A stretch of 63,852 bases of DNA, counting the filler, from Aduncisulcus paluster (Eukaryota): the NCBI GenBank assembly GCA_024181965.1. It is 7 parts of 7 records of this genome, joined end to end, with 100 filler letters (N's around TTAATTAATTAA, not from the genome) between each part and the next. Parts side by side here need not be neighbours in the genome. Positions count along the whole stretch, not along the records: positions 1 to 8,509 come from BQXS01009691.1; positions 8,610 to 17,461 come from BQXS01009692.1; 5 more parts are not named here. One strand, written 5' to 3'. The notes beneath the pieces were generated by a model, which had not been told where the DNA came from, did no database searches, and saw nothing but the letters and a program-made list of their open reading frames with translations. The translations under genes were made by a program, and so were the position numbers. Below, piece after piece: positions 1 to 10,120 of the stretch (positions are counted from its first letter, which is position 1; each line of letters begins with the position of its first letter).

Positions 1-1059
1 CGAAGTACTGGAAGAAGAACCATGAGGGAGTTCACTGTAACGGTAGTAGGGCAACGAGGCCTTTGGGAGGAAGTGCATCTGAGTCTGAGTATTGGAATTG
101 GGCTGAATAAGAACGTCACTTGGATTAGTGGCTACAGAAGAGAAATGATGGCCATCAGATTGTGATGAGTTGCCCTGCCTTTCTGTGAATGAAGATGAAG
201 GGAGAAGAGGGTAATGAGAGTGTTTTGAAACTGAATGAGAAGAAGAAAAACTCATTCCCGTTTGTGTTCCCATCAATGAAGGCGGTGAATAGTGCGCTGA
301 AGGTGGATGAATAGGAGTAGTGCGACTGATGGACATGTGAGGCAACATTGCATCTTCGTCTTGATGGTGGGGATGCTCAGCGGAACCGAGAGGGAAAGGA
401 AAAGAACCCACCTGGGGTCGTGGGCTATTATTAGATGGGCTATTATTAGAACCGTCTCGAGGGTGAGAAAAAGATCTCGTACCACCTGGTAAGGACACGA
501 AAGATGGTTGGGATAACACTCCCGTGGCTGAATGTAGCTGATTAGACATAGAAAAATGAGATTCAAAATCCCTCTTCGGGTGATGCTGAGGCGGGCACGG
601 ATCTCCATCGCAATTTAGGCCCAAAGAATCCTTTGGAGACTCGAATTCTGCTCTGACAGACTTGGATTTTGCAGGTGGAGAGGGCGAATCTTTACATGGG
701 CAGGAATGAGTGGCTAACGAGGGTAATGAAATAGTAGTGGAAGAAGGAGACGCTGAAGAAAAATCAGATTGAACAAAAAGAGGAGGAATGTCTTCCTTTT
801 TCTTGGGTTCTTTCTTGGGTTCTTTCTTGGAGGCTTTGTACAGTGGATGTTTGGCCTTTTCAGCACCAATACGATTACCATCAATAATCCACCCACGAAA
901 CTTGGTAATAGCAAGCTCTTCTTCAGCTTGAGAGGAGTATTCAATAAAACAAATCTTTTTTTTCTTGCTTAAACGCAGCACTTCGCCATATTGAGAAGCT
1001 CGAGCGGCAATAACATCCTTCGGAGTGGAGGATGCAAATCCATGAAGAAAAACAACCAT
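1..1059 (-). CDS. RRM-domain RNA-binding protein with S/P/H-rich tail (3'-partial)
   Basis: Hand translation from ATG 1059 stays open to the window edge, so the ORF track misses it: MVVFLHGFASSTPKDVIAARASQYGEVLRLSKKKKICFIEYSSQAEEELAITKFRGWIIDGNRIGAEKAK, with RNP2-like VFLHGF and RNP1-like KICFIEYS. Confidence 0.8.
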   Translation of the reverse strand, partial: MVVFLHGFASSTPKDVIAARASQYGEVLRLSKKKKICFIEYSSQAEEELAITKFRGWIIDGNRIGAEKAKHPLYKASKKEPKKEPKKKEDIPPLFVQSDFSSASPSSTTISLPSLATHSCPCKDSPSPPAKSKSVRAEFESPKDSLGLNCDGDPCPPQHHPKRDFESHFSMSNQLHSATGVLSQPSFVSLPGGTRSFSHPRDGSNNSPSNNSPRPQVGSFPFPLGSAEHPHHQDEDAMLPHMSISRTTPIHPPSAHYSPPSLMGTQTGMSFSSSHSVSKHSHYPLLPSSSFTERQGNSSQSDGHHFSSVATNPSDVLIQPNSNTQTQMHFLPKASLPYYRYSELPHGSSSSTS

Positions 1060-1803
1060 TAATTTTGGAATATAATGAAATGATAATGGGATAATGGATC
1101 GATTCTTAGAAAAACTGTTGAATGAGAAATTTGCAAATGAAGAAAGGCAGAAAGAGTTGATAGATTGCTAATTTTCTCCTTGGATTTTAGAACAGAAAGA
1201 ATGGATCAACTATTCTTTCGGTTCCGAGGAAATAGATAAAATCATGATTAAATTTATCTTCAAATTGATGGGAGAGAAAAAAATTAATCAATTTGGGAAA
1301 TAACATTCTTTTTTTAAAAATAATGTTTTTTTATTGTGCAGATATGGATCACATACGATTTCTTTTTTTTTCAAACGAAAATCCTCTGAGTAAGTCAGGA
1401 AAGTAGAATAAAGAAGATTTGATATCAATCGAAAATACCCAACAATGACCATTATTTGTGCGTTGAAATGGGTATATCGTGGAGAAGATGACAGAATATA
1501 AAAAAAATGTTGGGTTGTGATATGGTGACAATATAGATAGTTTAATATTTAAAATATCTTCCAACAAAGCATTTAAACTCATTTTAAAGGGAGAAAATGA
1601 GGAAACGCTACAGATAAATCGCTCTGATTACCCCAATTTTGTCCATCAAAATAAATGACACAATTCATCCTTCCATAAATGGAATTATTTCCTGCTATAA
1701 GAAATACATAAAAATTATTCGTGAGAAAATGATATATATTCTATTTTGAAATAAAAATGAACATTGAACCAAAAGTACATTTTCTCAATCTAAAATAAGA
1801 ACT

Positions 1804-2526
1804 CTAGACCCACCAAGTTTGATCCCCGAGACCAGGGGTATCCATTCGAGCTATAATAGCAATGGGAGCATCTCTCCAACGCTCAATTGGGTTATCTAGG
1901 GAGGAAAGACCATCATCTTCCTCTTCTTCCTCCTCTTCTTCTTCGCTATCCTCATTAATATAATGACCCTCGGCCTTTTTGTCTTCGGTAGGTTCTTCTT
2001 TTGACCCTTTAACCTTTTGAAGCATGTCTTTCATGAGAGTTGGGGGTTTGGAGCTGGGATCACGGAAAATAACATCAGCAACTTTAACAAGAACATCAAC
2101 ATCGGGTTCAATGGGCACATCGTTGCCACTAACTTCCCATACAAACCCCTTATATTCGTCTGACCAATGACAGGGTTGGGGTAAATGAGTAACAGAAACA
2201 AATATATTATGAATGAGACCACTTGTCAAATATACTCCTTTATCTTTGATTGAATGGGTAATACATGCTTTGAAAACTTCACCGACGACAGGTTTGTACA
2301 CAAGAAGCGAGAAAGACAACTTGGTGTGGCTTCCACCTTCACCATGAGGAATAATTTCATCTCCAATGGAATGAAGATGTTCTAAACCAATTGATAATCC
2401 CTTATATGGTAATATTTTATCAACATACATTGAATTTATCTCACTTTCGCACGAATCACCACGATGGAGGGCAAACTTGGTGGGAGGAATTTTAAAAACA
2501 TCTTCCATTTCGACAATATAATACAT
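1804..2526 (-). CDS. RPC25: RNA polymerase III subunit RPC25/RPC8 (Rpb7 family)
   Basis: Rpb7-type N-terminus (EMEDVFKIPP, YVDKILPYKGL, GEGG, YKPVVGEV) and C-terminal GLGxxxWW motif typical of RPC8. Confidence 0.85.
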   Translation of the reverse strand: MYYIVEMEDVFKIPPTKFALHRGDSCESEINSMYVDKILPYKGLSIGLEHLHSIGDEIIPHGEGGSHTKLSFSLLVYKPVVGEVFKACITHSIKDKGVYLTSGLIHNIFVSVTHLPQPCHWSDEYKGFVWEVSGNDVPIEPDVDVLVKVADVIFRDPSSKPPTLMKDMLQKVKGSKEEPTEDKKAEGHYINEDSEEEEEEEEEDDGLSSLDNPIERWRDAPIAIIARMDTPGLGDQTWWV

Positions 2527-2903
2527 GATCTGATTTTATGGTATATATTTTAGCGAAGCCTTGTGGATCACTTCAAAACTGAAAAATAATTTTATGAAAG
2601 AATATCTCTTAAATATTGGGTAGATTGAGTTGAAAAGTAAAGCGGATTCATTATTATTGTAAATATATTGGGGTTAATGATGGATATATTGTTATATCAA
2701 GTGAATAGGCTTGATTTTATGGAGTTGGGAAAAGGAGAATTTCAATTGACATTTGAAGTTTAATAATAACCTTTAATGGATATATTAAAGAAATCTCATT
2801 TGGTAGAGGAGAATATTTCGTTTTATTTTAGCGGTATTTCTAAAAATAGTTGAGTGAGAACATTTGCATAACTACTCTTCCTTCTTTTGGAGAATTAGAC
2901 TCA

Positions 2904-3575
2904 ATGGGTATTGATTTGAGAGCCGGAGGTCGTACTAAGAAGACGGAGCGTCGTCTCCCAGTTTCCAAGAACATCTACCTTCTTGATCTTCACAAAGTAA
3001 GTTACATTTTTTAGTCATTTGCGTTTATAGCTCAATCATACAGATATTTATCAATAATTTAATTATTTTTTCCTTATATCAATTATTTTTATTTATTATT
3101 ATAGCTCTACAGCAACCTTGCTAGAAAGACCCAGTCTACCTTCAACCAAAGAGTTGCTGGTCGTCTTTGCATGGCCCGTACCAAGCGTATGCCAATTTCT
3201 CTTTCTCGTCTCGGTAGACTTATGGATGGAAAGATGGAGAACGTTGCCTGTGTTGTTGGTACCATCACTGATGATGAGCGTCTCCTCACTGTTCCCAAGA
3301 TGAACGTTGTTGCCCTTCATTTCACTGAGACAGCTCGTGCTCGTATTGTCAAGGCTGGTGGTCGTTGCCTTACCTTCGATCAACTCGCCATCGAGCGTCC
3401 CACTGGAAAGAACTGCATCCTTCTCCAAGGTCGTCGTCATTCTCGTGAGGCTTGCCGTCACTTCCGTGGTCTTAGAGGAGAGGTTCACTCTGGTCACGCT
3501 GCTCCTCGTCTCGGTCGTGCTACTGGTAGAAAGGAGAAGGCTTTGGGTAGGAAATGGATGGGTCACGGTAACTAA
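2904..3575 (+). CDS. RPL18: 60S ribosomal protein eL18; exons 2904-2996 and 3105-3575
   Basis: MGIDLRAGGRTKKTERRLPVSKNIYL, then a phase-0 GTAAGT...TAG intron (2997-3104), then LYSNLARKTQSTFN...VVGTITDDERL...GGRCLTFDQLA. Confidence 0.97.
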
Positions 3576-3719
3576 GGTTATTCTTGTACTCAGCTAATAA
3601 ATAAATATCAATGCTCTTCTTTTATTGTGAGTTATTTATTATTTTGTATATTTTATTGGATTAATCATACTCGAAACAACGTGAATTTTTGTGTTGGTGT
3701 TTTGAATCCTATCTTCGAG

Positions 3720-5069
3720 ATGAACAAATATGACTTCGATTTAAAAAATTTATGTAACGAAATATTGATAAAGAAATCAAAATACGTTGGTGTACAGTTT
3801 CCCGAAGGCTTAGTTGCTTATGGTACAATGATTGTTGCCCTTATCGAGAAACATACGCCAGCTAAATGTGTTATATTTGGTGATTTAGTTTATGGTGCAT
3901 GTTGTATTGATGATATAACTGCTCAATGTTATGGTATTGATCTATTTGTGCATTTTGGTCACTCTCAAATAGTTCCCACAAAACTCATATCAATTCCCAC
4001 TATTCACATTCCTGTTTCCGTAAAGGCCGATAAGATCGTTGAATGGGGCTCTGAATTAATTTCAAAAAATATATCAGCAGCTTCCATCTCCCTCCTGAGT
4101 ACTGCTCAATTCTGCCATTTACTCCCTTCATTGAAAGAAGCCCTTACGCGTGATGAAAAACAATATAAGAAAAGTCAAATCAATATTCCACAATCCAAGC
4201 CCTTACGGCCAGGAGAATTCCTTGGTTGTACGGTTCCAACTCTCACTGAAGAAACGGAAGCCGTTATCGCTGTTGTTGATGGGCGTTTTCACATTGAAGC
4301 CATTGGATTACAATACCCTAATGTGATAATATATCGATTAGACCCATTTACATGTGAATTATCCTTAGAAACGGTGACTACATCAGTAACGATAGAAAAA
4401 AGAAATATTATAATTAAAAAAGCAAGAGATAGTTTTATTTCAGCATATGAATCACGTAAAAAAGCATCTGTCGATTCCAAAGAAAAAGAAAGCAAAAAAT
4501 CCACAATTCCTTCAAAGGGTGTTGATATTCCTTCTCAAACGACATCATTAGAATCGAAATCAGAAGATATTTCTATTGAGAGGAAGATGGATGATAAATC
4601 TCTATCTCTTCCTGCATCCATTATTCGTTCAGCGCGGCCAGCCATTATTCTTGGAACTCTTGGGCGTCAAGGCTCTCTCCCTTTGCTCCGGCGACTCTAT
4701 TCTCTATTCCCGAGTGCGTATTGTGTCCTGATGGATGAGATAACTGAGTCCAAACTCCGCATGCTCGATTGCTCCGTTGTAATTATGGTTGCTTGTCCTC
4801 GACTCTCAATTGACTGGGGTTCTTCTTTCACAGATCCTATTTTGCTCACTCCTTTGGAGGCCTTTACATTAGCTGGGAGAGGAGCGGGGGAAGGTGACAT
4901 TCATCTTGGTTGCTGTGCTTTACTTGACTGTATCAGTGAAAGATCTATGGATTCGAGTGCTTCTCCTAGTTCTTCTTCGGCGTCCATGTCCTCTATCTTC
5001 TGTGAAAAGGGGATAATCCTTGATAATTTCTCGATAGAAGGGGGGAAATGGTCAGTGGGGTATCATTAA
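3720..5069 (+). CDS. DPH1: Diphthamide biosynthesis protein DPH1
   Basis: Motifs QFPEGL, DLVYGACCIDD, VHFGHS, GEFLGCT, DGRFHIE, ILGTLGRQG, VACPRLSIDWG. Confidence 0.93.
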   Translation: MNKYDFDLKNLCNEILIKKSKYVGVQFPEGLVAYGTMIVALIEKHTPAKCVIFGDLVYGACCIDDITAQCYGIDLFVHFGHSQIVPTKLISIPTIHIPVSVKADKIVEWGSELISKNISAASISLLSTAQFCHLLPSLKEALTRDEKQYKKSQINIPQSKPLRPGEFLGCTVPTLTEETEAVIAVVDGRFHIEAIGLQYPNVIIYRLDPFTCELSLETVTTSVTIEKRNIIIKKARDSFISAYESRKKASVDSKEKESKKSTIPSKGVDIPSQTTSLESKSEDISIERKMDDKSLSLPASIIRSARPAIILGTLGRQGSLPLLRRLYSLFPSAYCVLMDEITESKLRMLDCSVVIMVACPRLSIDWGSSFTDPILLTPLEAFTLAGRGAGEGDIHLGCCALLDCISERSMDSSASPSSSSASMSSIFCEKGIILDNFSIEGGKWSVGYH

Positions 5070-5453
5070 CTAGTATCATATTAATTATTGAATTATTGAA
5101 GTATTTAAAATGTTACTTTACTTTTATCACACTCTAATGAATAAAAATATCGATTTTTTTATTCTTTGAGCCAAAGATTTACAAATACATTTCTGTCCAT
5201 TTTCAAAATGAGTTGACATTTTTGGAAACCACAATGAAATGTTGATAATTTCCCATATCACACAAATTTAAAAGTAATATTTTGTTGTTTTTAATCTGTA
5301 TTATTTGGAGATGGTTCGAAATTAATATGATTGCTCCCAGGACAGAGGGTACTCAGTTTAGATTCGATCAGAATGATTCTCTACAACTTGTAAAGTCAAA
5401 TTTATGGTTTTCTCGGATCACAGATTTAATAACAGGTTTAATTTTGTTTGAAA

Positions 5454-8400
5454 ATGAGTCAAAATGTATGTTTTAATATTTTATATGGACCATATATGGC
5501 TCATACAATACCATTTAGTTAATTCTTGAACATCCTTGTCTAATCGTTGGTATTTTTGTATTTCTTGATATAGATTGTATGTGAATGTCAAACATTATTT
5601 ATAATTATTAATATTTTATGCAACTTATTCATTTATGGGATTGTTTTACTTCAATAGAAAGCTATTAAACCGAATGAAGATCAATATCGTTCATATTATG
5701 GTAGTTCGCCCTATAGGTTTTTTGGCCCGAATTTACAGGGCCCATCAATATTACTTAGTTTTGATAAGGATACAGTTGTTAAGGATGGTGGACGTAGTTG
5801 TACGGACTGTGATGGAGAGAAATTTTCATCTTGTACCTCCAAATTTTCAGGTTTTACCTTTTCCTTCAAAAATATCTCCATTCCCTTCACTTCAGCTGTT
5901 CCGATGCGAGGAATCTATATCCTTGCGAATAATAATGATGGTCCTCCTTCTTTGGATATCAAATTCACTCATTCTGATGGGAAAGTTACTTCTAGGAATT
6001 ATGAGTTTGAGAGTCATGGGAAAAAAGACAGAAAACAAAGTAATGGAGAATATTATTATTCTTATACCCCTTCCGCTTCTTTCTGGCACTATCTCCCTGT
6101 TGATCTTTCTGTTGTTAAGTGTGAGATTGAAGGAAGAGGAATGTGGGAAGATTATTATCCAAAAGCTGGAGCCACCAAAACATCCATAAGAGAAATGTTT
6201 TTTGTTCGAGGTGAAACTGCCCGTGAAACTGAACTTCGTGAATTAGTTGAGAAGAAATCTACTGAAATGGTATGTTTACATTTTCTTTGTAGTTGTTTTT
6301 ATCAAGTTATATNNNNNNNNNNNNNNNNNNNNCCATTCCCTTCACTTCAGCTGTTCCGATGCGAGGAATCTATATCCTTGCGAATAATAATGATGGTCCT
6401 CCTTCTTTGGATATCAAATTCACTCATTCTGATGGGAAAGTTACTTCTAGGAATTATGAGTTTGAGAGTCATGGGAAAAAAGACAGAAAACAAAGTAATG
6501 GAGAATATTATTATTCTTATACCCCTTCCGCTTCTTTCTGGCACTATCTCCCTGTTGATCTTTCTGTTGTTAAGTGTGAGATTGAAGGAAGAGGAATGTG
6601 GGAAGATTATTATCCAAAAGCTGGAGCCACCAAAACATCCATAAGAGAAATGTTTTTTGTTCGAGGTGAAACTGCCCGTGAAACTGAACTTCGTGAATTA
6701 GTTGAGAAGAAATCTACTGAAATGGTATGTTTACATTTTCTTTGTAGTTGTTTTTATCAAGTTATATTTATTGACTATATTGTTGATCCAATGATCTCAT
6801 TCACAATTTTGGTTTTCAATAGCTTATTCTTAAATCTGAATTTTTAAAAGAAGGAGATTCCCATAACCCACCTATTTCTTATTCAGATCCAACAATCCTT
6901 CTAACTAATCTTAAAAGAGTGAGTGGGGAAGATGAAGACGAACGAGCTCTTTCTCGACCTTTTGATATGACACCTTCCTTACAGGGAATGCTGAAAGGAG
7001 AGGAATTGTGTTGGTTTAGCTATCTTTCTCTTCCATTTTATACTGCTGTGCCTGAGTTGAAGGGAGCTTATATATGTATTGGCAATATTTTTTTCACTCG
7101 ATTATTTCCATTCTCACTCATTCAGATGGTTCAAAATCATTCATTCAATTTAAAATAGATTCGCCAAAATATGGTGAGAAAGTATGGCATTTCCTAAGGA
7201 TTTTCCTCTATGATGTTGTGAAATGTGAAATTCTTGGGGGTTGTAAAGAAGGTTCTAGAGGTCTGTGTGGGTGTTCTTCAATTCATGGGATGATTTTTGT
7301 GAGGGAAGAATCTTTTGGAGAAAAAGTGAATCGCGAAACTTTTTTGTTTCCTCCAGTCGTATGTTTACCTTCAATTTCATTGTTTTTTATTTTGTTTATT
7401 AGATTTTAAATTTACATATTTTTCCTTATTATTTTTTTTATTTTAAAGATCAAAATTGAATCTTCTTCTCGACCCAATACACATCTATCCGCAGCTTCGC
7501 TCTGTAACCCATCCATTCCATACTCAGATCCAACTATTATTCCCCTTCCTATTGATGAAGTCAGTGGGTGTGATGATAATTGGGGGAAACAATCTTTGTA
7601 TTATGACAAGTCTGACGATATTCAGGGGATTCTGAGAGGTGAGCCGAAACTTTGTTTGTTTTCACAAATTCATATTCCTTTTGCATCACCAATTTCTCAC
7701 TTGGAAGGAGTTTATGTCTGTTGTGATCATTATTATGGACCTAGATCATTAATTTTGAGATTTACTGAAGAGCGTAAGGTTTCTTCAAAAAGATTTTCTC
7801 TTCCAGAACCCAAAAATAGAAGTGAGTGGATCTTTCTTCCAATTGATCTCCCCAATGTTGTTTGCTGTGACATTACAGCTGGTGGAACTTGGACTGACGA
7901 AGATTCCCGCCGTTCCTATCTTGATGGTCTGATCTTTGTTCGAGCAGAAACTCCAAAAGAACTTCAAGATCGAAAGGATAGAAAGAAGTCTATTTCTGCT
8001 GCTGTATGTTTTGTATATTGTTTTAATTATTTGTTTCTATTGTTATTCTACTTCACTTCTTACATTTTCTTCATTCATCCCATTTCCATTTCACCATTTC
8101 CATTTCACCATTTCAATTCACCCCCTCACCCATTCATCCATCACTAGCCTTCCATCACAAGCACGCTCTACAGCCACAAAGATCGCCAACATCCACCCGT
8201 TGCACTCGATTCCACACAGACCATTCCCTTGAACGTTGCAGGATCAATTGCATGTGACGACTCGTTCTGCAAGGAATCTGACCGATTTGATAGGAGTTCA
8301 ACCGTTCGACGCATGCTTCGAGGGGAGTGTTGTGCATCCTTCTCTCATCTTTCGATCCCCTTCCAAGACAAGTGTTGTCCCAAAGGTGTGTACATCTGCT

Positions 8401-8509
8401 TCAAGCAGAACAAGAAGACTCCTGCATTCAGATTCGTGTTCACTCACTCTGATGGGAAACAGACATTCATGAAGTGTGCCGTTGAAGACCTTGAGCACAA
8501 GCACGAATG
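5454..8509 (+). CDS. Multi-exon protein with at least 4 copies of a lineage-specific domain (3'-partial); exons 5454-5465, 5574-5576, 5658-6269 (artefactual copy ends 6724), 6823-7358, 7449-8003, 8148->8509
   Basis: Each large exon encodes the motif FSHLSIPF..KGxYIC..FTHSDG..W.FLP.DL.VV.CEI.G. All donors are GTATGT and all introns phase 0. One frame slip at the T7 run near 7090. Confidence 0.75.
6313..6332. other. 20-N gap with duplicated flanks (also 12549-12568, 20164-20183, 35484-35503, 49913-49932)
   Basis: The sequence after each gap repeats the 154-435 nt before it, as expected for unmerged overlapping contig ends. Confidence 0.93.
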
Positions 8510-8609
8510 NNNNNNNNNNNNNNNNNNNNNNNNNNNNNNNNNNNNNNNNNNNNTTAATTAATTAANNNNNNNNNNNNNNNNNNNNNNNNNNNNNNNNNNN
8601 NNNNNNNNN
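8510..8609. other. Artificial scaffold linker (also 17462-17561, 28262-28361, 37947-38046, 54847-54946, 61105-61204)
   Basis: Identical N44-TTAATTAATTAA-N44 spacer with stops in all six frames; genes are truncated at these junctions. Confidence 0.97.
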
Positions 8610-8960
8610 CCACCAGTGTATTTGTTGATGCGTATGGTCAAGAACGCAGTGAAGAACGTGTCAGATGGTGAGGAAATTTCTCCTGACATCTTTGAACAGA
8701 TGATCACAATGATGCTCGAATACCCAAAGGGTTCTCAGATGCTCAAGAACATCGTGCAGTTCGCAAAACAATTCGTTGATAAGGTAGAACACATGGATAT
8801 CCAAGAAACTCATGCAGATGAAATGGATTGCGACGACAAGGAGAAAGAGATTATCGATGTTGATGATGTCAAGTTCGAAGAGGAGGAGAGCGAGGAAGAT
8901 GACGAAGAAGTCGATGAAGAGCTTGACGAAGAAGATGAGGAAGAAGAAGAGGAAGAATGA
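8610..8960 (+). CDS. C-terminal fragment of an unknown protein with acidic tail
   Basis: Open frame from the scaffold start with coding-like codon usage and a D/E-rich end. Confidence 0.6.
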   Translation, partial: PPVYLLMRMVKNAVKNVSDGEEISPDIFEQMITMMLEYPKGSQMLKNIVQFAKQFVDKVEHMDIQETHADEMDCDDKEKEIIDVDDVKFEEEESEEDDEEVDEELDEEDEEEEEEE

Positions 8961-10120
8961 AGAACACGATGAAAGATTCGACAAGATTTCGATTTGTTGC
9001 TATATTGAGTGTTACAATCATATAGAATTGACTGAATGATATTAAATGTAATGTCATTTTAATAAAATCAAATTTAATAGAGTAACCAAGTTGAATAAGC
9101 CAGATATGAAAAAAAAAAAATTTCTATCATGGTGGGAATACAAACAAGAATAATTGATATAGACAGTAGTTATTCAAATAATAGCATTGTTTTTAACATA
9201 TATAGACAAAAAAAATAGAATCAAGCTTGTTCTGGCATGAAACGTGGGAAATATCTCTAGGGGGTCTGTTTGTAATAATAAATAGAAATAATACAAAATT
9301 ACATTAACTAATTAGAGATTAAACAGTAGAATCCAATAAAAAATGATATATAATTCAATAGATGTCATCAAAACAGATTCTGTTCAACAGAGTCAATTAC
9401 GCTAATACCACGAGGAAATATTTTATTATAGAAACATTTTGGTTGAACCCATTTTGCACCGAGTATGAAATGCAAAGTTACTGGAACGTTTAAAACAAGT
9501 GTCAGGCAGGTCCTTCATCCAATTGAAGATCAGATATTTTGAGAATCAATATATCATGAAATGGACATTATTTCAAGTTTGAGAATCAATATGACATATG
9601 AATAAGATAAAAATAAAGAAGACCTTGCAGAGGGGTCGAAAACAATTATATAAGACCTATTTGAATAGTTGTTTTCGATGACGAGAATACAAAAGAAAAA
9701 ATGTTTGTAACACAAAAATACTCTGAAATAAGAGAAAAGAAATTCCCGAAAAAAAATTGAATGAAATATTTCTATAAAAATTGCGTTAAAAAAATATGAA
9801 TAAGATTATATAAAAAAAAAAAATGAATACATTTCCATTTTGAAATTTCAGAAATGTTTTTGAAGCAGGAAACTAAATTTAAAAAACAAGAAAAATAGAA
9901 AAAATGTTATGACAACACTGTGGATGACTATATGAGGGGAAAATAGAAGAAATAATAAGAATAAAAGGGAGTGAAAATAGAAAATATTAAAATAATAATA
10001 AAAAAAAAATAGATGGAGAAAGGAATAATTATAATAAATAATTTGGATATTGGCTATATAAAAAAAAGACCATTGATATTCATAGAGACAAATTTGTAAC
10101 CAAACAATCAATTATTAGAA

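Noticed and set aside
5878-6767. Apparent perfect tandem exon duplication
   Set aside because: Identical copies flank a 20-N gap, and the same pattern occurs at four other gaps. It is a scaffolding artefact.
7088-7094. Frameshift in a domain exon as a programmed slippery site
   Set aside because: A one-base change in a T7 homopolymer restores the frame; sequencing error or a recent mutation is more likely.
8554-8565. Recurrent TTAATTAATTAA palindrome
   Set aside because: Synthetic six-frame-stop linker inside N runs. Gene neighbourhoods across these linkers carry no information.
9000-10111. Short F/Y/L-rich ORFs in AT-rich DNA, and the many antisense or nested ORFs in the track
   Set aside because: They are compositional by-products of AT-rich intergenic DNA or shadows of real genes.
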